A stretch of DNA of 64,000 bases from an uncultured Christensenellaceae bacterium (GCA_944383905.1 CALWRI010000009.1:1339-65338), one strand, 5' to 3'; positions 1 through 9,895 are shown, counted from the stretch's first letter. Numbers and translations are program-made. Notes: generated by a model not told the origin, from the letters alone.

Positions 1-438
1 AAGGACGAAAAGAGGAGAGAATTTGCAAGCAGGATTTTCCCCAAAGCGGAAGTTGTTTCTCCCGAACGTGTACAGGAGCGTATAATGCAGAGCTGCGCGC
101 GCGGCGGCGCGGACGTCGTGTTCGAGGTCGCGGGTGCGGAAGACACGTTCGGGCTCGCATGGAAATGCGCGCGCCCCAACGCGACCGTGGTCGTTGTTGC
201 GATGTACGACAAGCCCCAGGTCCTGCCCCTTCCCGATATGTACGGCAAAAACCTGACCTTCAAGACGGGCGGCGTTGACGGCTGCAAGTGCGGGGAGATA
301 CTCTCTCTGATCTCCGCGGGCAAAATAGACACGACCCCGCTTGTCACTCATACTTTCGCGCTCAAAGACATTGAAAAGGCGTACGATCTTTTCGAAAACA
401 GAAAGGACGGCGTAATAAAAGTCGCAATCAAGCCGTGA
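1..438 (+). CDS. Zinc-dependent alcohol dehydrogenase (MDR family), 3' part; 5' end outside window
   Basis: Frame is open from base 1 (KDEKRREF...). Contains the GADVVFEVAG, KNLTFKTGGVDG and TPLVTHTF...IEKAYDLF...GVIKVAIKP motifs of the MDR C-terminus. Confidence 0.85.
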   Translation, partial: KDEKRREFASRIFPKAEVVSPERVQERIMQSCARGGADVVFEVAGAEDTFGLAWKCARPNATVVVVAMYDKPQVLPLPDMYGKNLTFKTGGVDGCKCGEILSLISAGKIDTTPLVTHTFALKDIEKAYDLFENRKDGVIKVAIKP

Positions 439-508
439 ATTGAAAAAAGTCGGACAAAAACATTTCTTGTGCGTTTATATATTGAGAGAGATCTCTCGGG
501 AGGAGAAA

Positions 509-3328
509 ATGAAGAAAACGACTTTATTTGTCGCGATAGCGGCGATCGTGGTATTGTTGGCGGCATCTTTTGCGGCGTGCGAAAAGATAAAGACCGAAGA
601 CGTTGTCGGAGATTGGTATCTCGAAGACGGAAAACTGACCGTTTCCGCCGACGGAGCGACGTTCAACGGAGAAAAAAAGGAGTTTGTTCTCAACGCGAAG
701 AACGGCTTTTTTTCTGTTTCAGGACAAGAATATCTTGTCGGGGACAATAATTCAAGCGTATACGCAAAAGACTCCAAAGCGCAAAACGTCATGACGAGAC
801 CGGCAAAAAGGGATTCTTTCGCAGAAGGAGAGGGCTTTACTTATACGGACGCTCAAGGCAGGCTGTGCACTCTCGCATTCCATGCCGGAAACAAAGTTTC
901 GGTCAGTTACGTCGGGCAGGGGACACTCGGCGCGGATCTCGGCGAAGGCACTTATTCATATTCGGACGGGGTCGTAACTGCGCTGGTGCAGATGGCTCGC
1001 GGAGACGTCGTCGTGCTTTTCTATTACATAGACAAAAACGTGGATCTCTATACAAAAGCGGGAGTCAGGGAGGTTCCCGACTTTGCGAAAACCGCGTACG
1101 ACGATCAGTTGGCGAAAGCAAACGGGCAGCAGACGACCTTCACCGTTACATACACGGCGGGAGAGGGAGGAAGCGTCTCGGGCGAAACGCAGCAGACGGT
1201 CAGAAAAAACGCGGATACGACTTCTGTGAGAGCGGTTGCGGAAGAAGGTTACGAGTTTGAAAAGTGGAGCGACGGAAACACGTCTGCATCCCGCAAGGAA
1301 ACAAACGTAACTTCTGATATGACGTTGAAGGCGGTGTTTACAAAAATCAGATATACCGTGACGTATTCCGCAGGCGCAAACGGCAGCGTGAGCGGAGTGA
1401 CGACGCAAAAAGTCGCACACGGCGAAAACGGAAAAAAAGTGGTGGCGATCCCTGCCTCCGGATACGTCTTTGCCGGTTGGAGCGACGGAGTCAAAACGGC
1501 TGAAAGATATGAAGAAAAAGTAAAGGGAAACAAGTCTTTTACCGCCAATTTCGCAAAAGGAGTTACCGTCAATTACGTTGCGGCGCTCGGCGGCAGCATA
1601 CAGGGAAAAGACAGTCAGTTCGTGGGCGTGGGGACAGAAGGTTCGACGGTCGTGGCGATCCCCGCCGACGGATACGTCTTTTCAGGCTGGAGCGACGGCT
1701 GGTTCCTGCCCGCGAGAACGGATACGGGTGAAAAAGACGTGACCTATACCGCGTATTTTGCGGAGACTCAAAAAGTGGTCGTGCGTTATTCGGCAGGTAA
1801 AGGAGGCAGGATAGAAGGTTGCGCGGTGCAGCAGGTTGACATCGGCAAAGACGCGCTCAAGGTCGTCGCGGTAGCGGATACGGGCTATGTGTTCGCGGCA
1901 TGGAGCGACGGCGTTATGACCGCAGAGAGGACGGATACCGCAGTCGTTTCCGCAATCAACGCGGAGGCGAGATTCATAAAGATCGCGCAGAGCATCGTGA
2001 CGATAGATTACGGCGACGGTCAGACCTTCAAAGTCACTATGTCAAAGGGAGACAAAGTCAACTTCCCGATACCCGAAAGGCCCGGGTACCGTTTCGTCGC
2101 GTTCGATACTCCGCAAGGAAATATAGTCAACGGCGAAGTGTGGCAGCAGGATCAGGACTGTGAAGTTTCCGCGATATGGGAGAATATAACTTACAATATC
2201 ATTCTCAATGCCGGTTTGGGGAGCGTAAGTCAGAACACTCTGAATTATACCGTTGACGATCTGCCTCTGGCGTTGCCCGACGCTGCGCACGAGACGCTGG
2301 TTTTCAACGGTTGGAGATCGCCCGACGGCAATTATGTCGAGCAGATAACCGCGGACAACTTCGGAGACATATATCTCTCGGCTCATTTTTCGGAAGACAA
2401 CGAGAGACTGACCTATACTCTCAATCAGGCGGGCACGGGATACATTGTCAGCGGATACGAAGGAAAGAGCGGGAAGATAATCGTTCCTTCCGAAAAGGAC
2501 GGCTTGCCCGTGACGGAAATCGCCGCGAAAGTGTTTGAATACAACGCGGGCGTTACATACTTCAGAGCGGGAGAAAATCTCGAAAGCATCGGGGCGCAGG
2601 CATTTTACTATTGCAAAAATCTGACTGAAGTCGATCTTTCAAGGGGCATCGATCTCGTTGTTATCGGCGATTCCGCGTTTGACAAGTGCTCAAAGTTGTC
2701 CGTCGCAAATCTCGACAACTGCGCCGCTCTCAAAACGATCGGTAACGGAGCGTTTTCCGCGACCGCACTGACGGAGATAAATCTGAAAGGATGCGTTTCG
2801 CTTGAAAGTATACAGAGTTACGCTTTCCTCAACACAATGCTTGCGACGATCGACGTTTCCGGTCTGGCGAACCTCAAAGAGGTCGGACTCAATGCGTTTT
2901 CGTGTTCAACGATGACGAACGCGTATTTCAACGACTGCGAGTCGCTTGCCTCGATGATCGGAGTTTTCGGAAATGGAACGCTCAAAAAGCTTGAGATAAG
3001 AAACTGTCCCTCCCTCGGCTCGTACGACGTGCTTTTCGGAGAAGCAACCGTCGAGACTCTCGACATCACGGGCAGTTGCGGAAGTTTCCCTCCCGGAAGG
3101 GATCTGCCGTCGTCGGTTAACGTGACGAAACTGTATCTCGACGACGCACAGCCGCTCAACTCAATGTACGGAGAAAATGCGTTCTTCCTCGCAAAAGCGC
3201 AAAGAATAGCGTTGGCGGGAGACGGGGAAGTGAACAATTCGTATTTCTTCGAAAACTTCAAGGCAACGGGAGCAACCGAAGACAGAAACGGCGAGACTTA
3301 CACGATCTATACGAGAAAGACGGCATAA
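509..3328 (+). CDS. Large surface lipoprotein: four divergent InlB B-repeat (Flg_new_2-like) units, two InlB-type repeats and C-terminal BspA-type leucine-rich repeats
   Basis: Start moved to ATG509 (RBS GGAGG, MKKTTLFVAIAAIVVLLAASFAAC lipobox). Repeats V-Y-A-x-x-GG-V-G...GY-F-x-WSDG occur four times; LRR units such as LESIGAQAFYYCKNL and LKTIGNGAFSAT. Confidence 0.8.
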   Translation: MKKTTLFVAIAAIVVLLAASFAACEKIKTEDVVGDWYLEDGKLTVSADGATFNGEKKEFVLNAKNGFFSVSGQEYLVGDNNSSVYAKDSKAQNVMTRPAKRDSFAEGEGFTYTDAQGRLCTLAFHAGNKVSVSYVGQGTLGADLGEGTYSYSDGVVTALVQMARGDVVVLFYYIDKNVDLYTKAGVREVPDFAKTAYDDQLAKANGQQTTFTVTYTAGEGGSVSGETQQTVRKNADTTSVRAVAEEGYEFEKWSDGNTSASRKETNVTSDMTLKAVFTKIRYTVTYSAGANGSVSGVTTQKVAHGENGKKVVAIPASGYVFAGWSDGVKTAERYEEKVKGNKSFTANFAKGVTVNYVAALGGSIQGKDSQFVGVGTEGSTVVAIPADGYVFSGWSDGWFLPARTDTGEKDVTYTAYFAETQKVVVRYSAGKGGRIEGCAVQQVDIGKDALKVVAVADTGYVFAAWSDGVMTAERTDTAVVSAINAEARFIKIAQSIVTIDYGDGQTFKVTMSKGDKVNFPIPERPGYRFVAFDTPQGNIVNGEVWQQDQDCEVSAIWENITYNIILNAGLGSVSQNTLNYTVDDLPLALPDAAHETLVFNGWRSPDGNYVEQITADNFGDIYLSAHFSEDNERLTYTLNQAGTGYIVSGYEGKSGKIIVPSEKDGLPVTEIAAKVFEYNAGVTYFRAGENLESIGAQAFYYCKNLTEVDLSRGIDLVVIGDSAFDKCSKLSVANLDNCAALKTIGNGAFSATALTEINLKGCVSLESIQSYAFLNTMLATIDVSGLANLKEVGLNAFSCSTMTNAYFNDCESLASMIGVFGNGTLKKLEIRNCPSLGSYDVLFGEATVETLDITGSCGSFPPGRDLPSSVNVTKLYLDDAQPLNSMYGENAFFLAKAQRIALAGDGEVNNSYFFENFKATGATEDRNGETYTIYTRKTA

Positions 3329-3385
3329 AAAACGACGACTCCCGCACCTTCGGGTACGGGAGCGATTTTAAGATAAAGACGACAG

Positions 3386-3943
3386 ATGCTTGGAGACGAA
3401 GTACAAAAAGTAAACCGTTGCGTTGCCCGTATGCAGAAAGGGGATACGCAGGCTTTTTCGTTGCTGTTCGATATTACGAACGGCAAGTTGGCTTTTTATG
3501 CGCGTCAATATCTCAACGACAAGCAATATGCCGAAGACGTGGTCAACGAAACGTATCTCCGACTGTGCTCCAACATTGATCTGCTGGATCCGGAGCGGAA
3601 TATGCTCGGCTGGCTCATAACCGTCGTCAAGCGCGTCGCGATCGACTACAACCGCAAGACGGGCAGAGAGATCTCGCGCGAAGTCGTTTACAGGGACGAC
3701 GACGAATTTTTCGAATGTAACGGAGAAAAGGAGATAATCAAGGACTGCGTACTCGGTTTGTCCGCCGAAGAAAACGAACTTTTCTATCTCTATTTCATAG
3801 AGGAGAAAACGGTCAGACAGATAGCAAAACTGCTGGGAGTGTCAAAGACCACGGCAGCGGAAAGAGTGTCGAGGCTCAAACGGAAACTGCGCGACAAACT
3901 GTTGGAAAACGGTTTGTCGGCAAACGACAGGGGGACGATATGA
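3386..3943 (+). CDS. ECF RNA polymerase sigma factor
   Basis: 185 aa with region 2 (AEDVVNETYLRL...WLITVVKRVAIDYNRK) and region 4 HTH (KTVRQIAKLLGVSKTTAAERVSRLKRKL). Confidence 0.9.
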   Translation: MLGDEVQKVNRCVARMQKGDTQAFSLLFDITNGKLAFYARQYLNDKQYAEDVVNETYLRLCSNIDLLDPERNMLGWLITVVKRVAIDYNRKTGREISREVVYRDDDEFFECNGEKEIIKDCVLGLSAEENELFYLYFIEEKTVRQIAKLLGVSKTTAAERVSRLKRKLRDKLLENGLSANDRGTI

Positions 3944-4677
3944 AAGACGTTGAAAAAGAACGCTTGAAGAAAAGACTGTTTCCCGAGACCGTGAACAAAG
4001 GAGAGGTCGAAAAGAAATGCCTGCCCGTCCTGTCGTCCTTCGCAGGAAAGGGAAAAGTCGGTTTTGCGACGAGAAGACTTGCGGTTTTCGCGACGGCGTT
4101 CGTATGCGTTTTCGTGATCCTCACGATACTTCTCGGAGTGTTCCTTCCCAAAGCGTTTACTCTCCCGTGGCAAAAACCCGGAGACGAAGACGAGAACGGA
4201 AACGACAATCCCGACGTTCTGTGGGGAGACATATTCTATGCAAGCATGGATTATCTCGACATGATAGCGGAGTTTGACGAAACCGAACAGGCGGAGAGTT
4301 ATCTTTCCGACACTTCGTTCAACGGAGAGATCATAAAGAACGAAGCCGAAGTCCTCAACACCACGGCGTACGGAGAGGACGGAGAGCCGTCCGTTCTCAT
4401 GCAGAAACTATTAAGAGAGACTCCGGATGGAGAGACGAGAGGCGCGCTTTTCGTCGTCGACGATCCCATGGTCAACGCCGTACTGTCTTATCTCAAACTG
4501 CTTTTGACTTACGAAGACGTGCAGGGCGTGCCCGTCTATTCGGAAGACAGCGAGAGCGAAGGAGTCTATTCGAGCCTGTTCTTCTTTGAGAGAGAGGGCT
4601 ATTATTACGTTTTCGGACTTTCGGGGGCGCAGCCGCCCGACAAGGATTATTTTGTGGGTACGATAATTTCGGATTAA
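3940..4677 (+). CDS. Putative anti-sigma factor (single TM helix, acidic extracellular domain)
   Basis: ATGA overlap with the sigma gene; short basic N-terminus, TM helix LAVFATAFVCVFVILTILLGVFL, acidic C-domain. Confidence 0.65.
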   Translation: MKDVEKERLKKRLFPETVNKGEVEKKCLPVLSSFAGKGKVGFATRRLAVFATAFVCVFVILTILLGVFLPKAFTLPWQKPGDEDENGNDNPDVLWGDIFYASMDYLDMIAEFDETEQAESYLSDTSFNGEIIKNEAEVLNTTAYGEDGEPSVLMQKLLRETPDGETRGALFVVDDPMVNAVLSYLKLLLTYEDVQGVPVYSEDSESEGVYSSLFFFEREGYYYVFGLSGAQPPDKDYFVGTIISD

Positions 4678-4693
4678 AATAAACAAAAAGGCA

Positions 4694-4725
4694 AAAAAAG
4701 AGGCTTCCTTTGCGGAGCCTTTTTT
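4694..4725. terminator. Bidirectional intrinsic terminator
   Basis: A-run, AGGCTTCC/GGAGCCT stem, T-run between convergent genes. Confidence 0.7.
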
Positions 4726-4789
4726 GATACGCTTTTTGCGAATACGTTTATGTATTTTGTTGCAGAAAAAGTCCGGACTTTTCAGAGCT

Positions 4790-5224
4790 TCACAGCTTTT
4801 TTACAAAACAGATAATTCTGTTTGCTTCTTCAAATCCCGTTTTCAAGTGAAACGCAAGACTGCTTTTATTGTTCAGTTCGCAGTCGCTTGCAAATTCGAG
4901 GCACCCTTTCGATCTTGCCCAACTTTCGCATTTATCGAGAAGTTCTTTTGCAAAGCCTTTTTTTCTGAAAGGCTCGTCAATGAAGACGCCTTCGAGATAG
5001 CCTACGGGAGAGGAGTTCGTTCCTTCGACGTAATCGCGCCTGAGTCCGCATTGAGCGAAGCCGACGGCGTTTGCGTCGACGTATTTTATAAAGCAGGCGC
5101 AGTTTTCGCTTGAAACGGCAGACAAAAACCCGTCTTTCAGTTCGCTTTCGGGGCAGTCGCTCCAAAGCGAAGATGCGAGGCGGGTAAGATCTTCAATATC
5201 GTTGAAATCTGCTTTTTTTATCAT
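4790..5224 (-). CDS. aac(6'): Aminoglycoside 6'-N-acetyltransferase, AAC(6')-I-like GNAT
   Basis: 144 aa with GFAQCGLRRDYVEGTNSSPVGYLEGVFI, FRKKGFAKEL, GCLEFASDCELNN and FHLKTGFEEANRIICF, the signature of chromosomal AAC(6')-I enzymes. Confidence 0.8.
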   Translation of the reverse strand: MIKKADFNDIEDLTRLASSLWSDCPESELKDGFLSAVSSENCACFIKYVDANAVGFAQCGLRRDYVEGTNSSPVGYLEGVFIDEPFRKKGFAKELLDKCESWARSKGCLEFASDCELNNKSSLAFHLKTGFEEANRIICFVKKL

Positions 5225-5225
5225 T

Positions 5226-6194
5226 TTATTTGTGATATTTCGCGCCTTTTCGGTGCGCCTTCATTTCCTTGCGGGTAGGTTTGACGAGCTTTATCTCGTC
5301 TTTGCCGGCGATCATCTGATCGATATACTGTCGTGCGTATTCAAAAAACAGACGGCTTATCGGGCGGCGGTAGTGCCACAGGTGGAAGCAATGTTCGCCT
5401 GCGCCTTCCGCGCGGTAAACGAGGTGAGGTATCTTGAGCTCGTCGAGTTTGTCGAGCACGAGTTTTTCGTTGCCGCCGACGAACGCGTCGAAACGTCCGT
5501 AAGTCACAAATACGTTTTTGGGGAATTTATCGGTAATGAAATCGGACGGACGGAGAAGGTCGAAGTCGGCAAATTCGCGCAGGTGCTTTCTTCCGCACCC
5601 CGTCATCTCGACCCACATTTTGTTTGAAAGGGGATTTTTCGCCATGGCTTCGGGGTCGTAAGCGCCGCAGACGAGCAGGCCGCCTTTGAAGCGCAGGGGC
5701 TCGGTTTGCAGACCCAGCCTTTGCTGCAATGCGGGATTGTCCTGCGCCGCAAGCATAAGGCAGGCGAGCTGTCCGCCCGCGCTGTCGCCCGTTATGAACA
5801 GGTTGTCGAGATCGAGGTCGTATTTTTCCGTATTTTCGCGCACCCACTCCAAAGCCTTGTACAGGTGAGTCACGCAGGCGGGGTATTTGAATTTGGGGCT
5901 GAGTCCGTAATTGGGACAGACGACGAAAAGTCCGAGATCGGCAAACGCGAGGTTGAGCCCGCGTCTCCAATACTTGTCGCCCGTGATCCAGCCTCCGCCG
6001 TGCACGTTGAACAGTACGGGGAGCTTTTTGCCGTTTCTCGGCGGGTAGTAGAGGTCGAGGACGCAGGTCTCGGCGTCGGAAGCGTCGTAAACGACGTCTT
6101 TTTCCGCTTTTATTTCGTTTTGCGTGCGCACGCGGTTGGTAAAGAAATCTTTTGCCGCGTCGTCGAAGTCGAAAGCTATTTTCGCGATGTTCAT
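5226..6194 (-). CDS. Alpha/beta hydrolase (HSL-family esterase/lipase)
   Basis: HGGGW oxyanion motif, GDSAG nucleophile elbow, Asp (GRFD) and His (EHCFH). Confidence 0.9.
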   Translation of the reverse strand: MNIAKIAFDFDDAAKDFFTNRVRTQNEIKAEKDVVYDASDAETCVLDLYYPPRNGKKLPVLFNVHGGGWITGDKYWRRGLNLAFADLGLFVVCPNYGLSPKFKYPACVTHLYKALEWVRENTEKYDLDLDNLFITGDSAGGQLACLMLAAQDNPALQQRLGLQTEPLRFKGGLLVCGAYDPEAMAKNPLSNKMWVEMTGCGRKHLREFADFDLLRPSDFITDKFPKNVFVTYGRFDAFVGGNEKLVLDKLDELKIPHLVYRAEGAGEHCFHLWHYRRPISRLFFEYARQYIDQMIAGKDEIKLVKPTRKEMKAHRKGAKYHK

Positions 6195-6234
6195 TTTTTA
6201 CTCCTTGCGCCCCGGCGAAGAGATACGGACGGGA

Positions 6235-7383
6235 TCAGACGTTGACCTGTCTGCCCGCGAGGAATGTCGCCTTTACGCGGTAGTCGCCGTCGAGGACGTT
6301 GACGTCGGCGAAGTTGCCGACTTTTATATCTCCCTGTCCGCGCAGAGATACGAGTCTCGCGGGGACCTTTGTAGCCATATAGATCGCGTGAGCGGGCGCG
6401 ATGCCGCAGCCGATGAGGTTGGGGACCATTTGGGATACGGGAGTGACCGAACCCGCATAGGTGTTTTCGGACGGGAGCACCGCAACGCCGTCCTCGACGC
6501 GTATCGACTGTTTGCTGTCGCCCGCGCCTATGTAGTAATCGCCCGCGGGCATACCCGCGACGCTCAAAGAGTCGGAAACGAGGCAGATCCTGCGATAACC
6601 TTTGAGCTTGTATATCATTCTGAAAAGGGTATTTGCGACGTGTCTGTCGTCCGCGATTATCTCGGTCGTCAGGCGGTCGTCGATAAGTCCCACTTCGGTG
6701 AGTCCGAGATGCTTTTTGGGATTGTCGCGGCGGGTGGGACGCGAAGTGCAGTTGTACATATGAGTCACGCTGGTCGCGCCCGCGTCTATGCACGCATAGA
6801 TCTCGTCGTCGATCGAGTTGTCGTGTCCGATGGAGATCTGCACGCCTTTTTTGCTGTATTTTGCGGTGAATTCCGCGCTCCCGCGCACGTTGGGAGCGAT
6901 CGTCACTCTCTTTACGACGTCGAGGTTGTTCCTGACAAAAGAGTCGTCGTCGAGAGGGGAGATGAGCAGGTGAGGCGGATGCGCGCCCGCGGCTTTCTGC
7001 GAGAGATACGGACCTTCGAGATGCACTCCGATTATGCGCGCATAGCGGCTTTCGTATTTCCTTATGTTGTCGACCGCCTTGTCTATATCCTCCGGGCTTG
7101 CCGTCATCGTCGTCGGGCAAAAAGATGTTATGCCCGTTTCAAGGTGGTAGCGGGCGATCGTGTCTATGCAGTCGTAGGTCGGCTCCATGCAGTCCTTGCC
7201 GTAGCCGCCGTGCGTATGCACGTCGATATATCCTGCGGCGCAGGGGTTGCCGTTAAAAGTCAGAGTTTTGCCCTCGACCTGGTTTCCCACGGCGACTATC
7301 TTGCCGTCGTCGGACATCGTGACGTTGCAGTTCGGTAAAAATCTGCCGCCCGAAAGAGGGCGCACGTTTACGAGAGTTATCAT
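6235..7383 (-). CDS. nagA: N-acetylglucosamine-6-phosphate deacetylase
   Basis: Start moved to ATG7383 (MITLVN), overlapping the upstream stop. Motifs IDVHTHG, GVHLEGPY, THMYN, IIADDRH, LVSDS, YAGS. Confidence 0.9.
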   Translation of the reverse strand: MITLVNVRPLSGGRFLPNCNVTMSDDGKIVAVGNQVEGKTLTFNGNPCAAGYIDVHTHGGYGKDCMEPTYDCIDTIARYHLETGITSFCPTTMTASPEDIDKAVDNIRKYESRYARIIGVHLEGPYLSQKAAGAHPPHLLISPLDDDSFVRNNLDVVKRVTIAPNVRGSAEFTAKYSKKGVQISIGHDNSIDDEIYACIDAGATSVTHMYNCTSRPTRRDNPKKHLGLTEVGLIDDRLTTEIIADDRHVANTLFRMIYKLKGYRRICLVSDSLSVAGMPAGDYYIGAGDSKQSIRVEDGVAVLPSENTYAGSVTPVSQMVPNLIGCGIAPAHAIYMATKVPARLVSLRGQGDIKVGNFADVNVLDGDYRVKATFLAGRQVNV

Positions 7384-8942
7384 TTCCTGTTTCTCCTGAC
7401 TTCGCCGTACTGATCGGCGGTTTTCCAAATGAATATGTCGCGGCTCTTGAAGAAAGCGTTGCCTCTCGCGAGTCTGTCGCAAGCCCAATTCGCGTCCACG
7501 ATGTCGAGAATTTTGCGGTTGCTCTGCCAGCGCTTTGCGAAAGAGGAATAATCTCTGGCTTCTTTCGGCGACCAGCCGATCTCGCCGAGAGCGCACATAC
7601 GCGGCAGGCTGTTGAATTCGACTTTTTGCAGGTCGTAGACCCATTCGCCCCAGAGCAGGCCTTCGGTGCCCAGCACGTTTTCGGGCTTGACGTAATGAGT
7701 AGGTTCCATGGCGTAAAGGGGTTTTATCGGGGTCATGACGTAGGGTACGTCGAAAGAGCAGAGGTGATGGGGAGAAACGATGAATTTTCTCCCTTCCTTT
7801 TCAAAATTCTCGAGAGTAGCAGAGGGCATGTTCTTGAAGAAATGCAAGACGGCGCGTTTGTCCAGCCCGTCTATGTATTCGCTCGTGCGGACGATAGCGG
7901 TTTTGCCTTTTTTGTCGAGATGATCTATGATCCTGTTTAGGGTATAGGCAAGAAGTCCGTGCTCGTCGCCGAGTCCGTTTTCTTCGACGATCTTTTTGCA
8001 CGCCGGGCACGTCTTCCAATCCGAAAAGTCGAACGGATCACCGCCGATATGAACGTATTTGCTGTCGAACAGAGAGCAGACCTCGTCGAGAAGCGCGAAG
8101 ACGACTTCCCACGCCTTTTCCGACCCTGCGCAGAAAGAACCGGCGAAGTTGCCGAAAGTGGTCGGCACGCTGTGGCTTTCTCCCGAACACGAAATGTCGG
8201 TGAACGCCGCGGTGAGCGCGCTTATATGCCCGGGCAGGTCGATCTCCGGCTGCACGTCGATATTGCGTTCTTTTGCATAAGCGATCAGCTTTTTGATCTG
8301 ACCCTGTGTGTAATAGCCTTCGTGTTTGCAACCCGCGAATTTGTTGGATCCGAAGCCTCCGACCTGCGTGTCGTTGCGGCGGGTGGAGATCCTGTTTATC
8401 TGCGGGGAGATCTTGCTTTCGATGCGGTAGCCCTGGTCGTCGGAAAGATGCCAATGAAGGACGTTGAGCTTGTAAAAGCTCATCAGATTGAGCACGCGTT
8501 TGACGACGTCTTCGCCGAGGAAGTTGCGCGCTTCGTCAAGCATGAATCCGCGGTAAGGGTAGCGCGGCTCGTCTTCGATATGGCAGCAGGGGCATTTGAG
8601 AAGGAAGGGTTTGGAGTCGTCGTCCGCGGTCAGCAGCTGGCGCAGGGTGATAAGCGCGTAAGTCCAGCCGGAGGCGTCCTTCGCTTCGATTTTTATTTCG
8701 TCGTCGTTGACGTCCATGCGGTATCCTTCTTCGGGGATATTCTCGTCTTTAAGGAAGGAGACCGTGAGAGTTGAATTTTCAAAGTCGGGTTTGATGGCGG
8801 GGCAGATATTCTGAAAGACCTTTCTCGCGAGAGGCTCGCAGAATTCGGCGCCTTCGCAACAGATTATCTTTGGTTGTCTTTCGGTCGCGACGTCGCCGCC
8901 GTAGATCTTGCAGGATTTTGCCTGCGGTATCAGATTGAGCAT
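7380..8942 (-). CDS. GH20 beta-N-acetylhexosaminidase-like protein (cytoplasmic; catalytic Glu replaced)
   Basis: Start at ATG8942 (RBS AGGAG; MLNLIPQ). Motifs EGY-M, D-PRYPYRGFMLD, LHWHLSDDQG, PEIDLPGH; HIGGDP instead of HIGGDE. Confidence 0.85.
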   Translation of the reverse strand: MLNLIPQAKSCKIYGGDVATERQPKIICCEGAEFCEPLARKVFQNICPAIKPDFENSTLTVSFLKDENIPEEGYRMDVNDDEIKIEAKDASGWTYALITLRQLLTADDDSKPFLLKCPCCHIEDEPRYPYRGFMLDEARNFLGEDVVKRVLNLMSFYKLNVLHWHLSDDQGYRIESKISPQINRISTRRNDTQVGGFGSNKFAGCKHEGYYTQGQIKKLIAYAKERNIDVQPEIDLPGHISALTAAFTDISCSGESHSVPTTFGNFAGSFCAGSEKAWEVVFALLDEVCSLFDSKYVHIGGDPFDFSDWKTCPACKKIVEENGLGDEHGLLAYTLNRIIDHLDKKGKTAIVRTSEYIDGLDKRAVLHFFKNMPSATLENFEKEGRKFIVSPHHLCSFDVPYVMTPIKPLYAMEPTHYVKPENVLGTEGLLWGEWVYDLQKVEFNSLPRMCALGEIGWSPKEARDYSSFAKRWQSNRKILDIVDANWACDRLARGNAFFKSRDIFIWKTADQYGEVRRNRK

Positions 8943-9128
8943 ATTACTCCTTTTTGCGCCCATAGGAGCGGTATGTGACGTATTTTCCTTTCGTCCGTCT
9001 TCGTTTGTACTCAAATATTATAAAACAACGCGCGCGATATGTCAAACCCGCGTCGGAAATTGAGGCGTTGAGCGGGAAAACATACGGCAAATGCGGCTAT
9101 TTGAAAACTTTACATTCTAAAATCCGCT

Positions 9129-9674
9129 TTACAGACCGGGAGGGAGTTTGTCTTTCATCTCGTCGCGGTATACGAATTTCTCTCCGTCGGCGAAAAACGT
9201 CCCGTCTCCGACGGCGTGACAGATACGCGCGTCGACGTCGTCGTTGACGACGACCCTGTTGCAATGGATAACGAGGAGAGAGTATTCGGGCAGATAATCC
9301 GTCACGGTACATTCGAGGCACGCCGAACATTCCGCGATGAGGCAAGCCTTTACCGCCTTGGCTCCGACGGCGGTGAAACCGAGAGAGGAAAACTTGTCGG
9401 CGTCCTTTCCGCTCACCGTGCCCGCAAGCACCGCGCGGCGCAGCAGAGAGGGGGGAGGGATGCAGACGACGCACTCTTTCGTTTCCGTCAAAGCGCGGAA
9501 AGAGTGATTCCACGGTCCCGTCGCCAGAATAAAATCGTTGTCGAAGTTGACGGGGCACGTCCACGTCAGAGTCATCACGTTGTGCTTTTTTCCGTCGAAA
9601 GTGGTGACGAGGACGACGGGTCCCGGCTCGATGAAAGTGAGCGCCTTTTGAGGTTCGATTTCTCTGAAAGCCAT
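9129..9674 (-). CDS. Flavin reductase family protein
   Basis: PGPVVLVTT...HNVMT, GTVSGKDADKF, LIAECSACLEC, FFADG. Confidence 0.85.
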   Translation of the reverse strand: MAFREIEPQKALTFIEPGPVVLVTTFDGKKHNVMTLTWTCPVNFDNDFILATGPWNHSFRALTETKECVVCIPPPSLLRRAVLAGTVSGKDADKFSSLGFTAVGAKAVKACLIAECSACLECTVTDYLPEYSLLVIHCNRVVVNDDVDARICHAVGDGTFFADGEKFVYRDEMKDKLPPGL

Positions 9675-9834
9675 AAAAACTCCTTTGCGAATTTTCCTGC
9701 CCGTGTGGAAACAACGCGTTTTTTGAAGGAAGAGCCGTCAATGCGGGAGGCGCTGTCCTCAATCGGATTATACAACAAAAACGGGCAAAACGGAATACCT
9801 TTCCGAAAAGAAGCGGCGGTTGTTGTAAACAGGG

Positions 9835-9895
9835 TTGACAAAAATAATATTATGGCATACAATATAGTTGCGGACGCAACCGTTGCGGTCGCAAC
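9835..9895 (+). promoter_or_regulatory. SigA promoter with tandem palindromic MarR-type operators
   Basis: TTGACA(9835)-17 bp-TACAAT(9858); then GTTGCGGACGCAAC (9867-9880) and GTTGCGGTCGCAAC (9882-9895). Confidence 0.75.
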
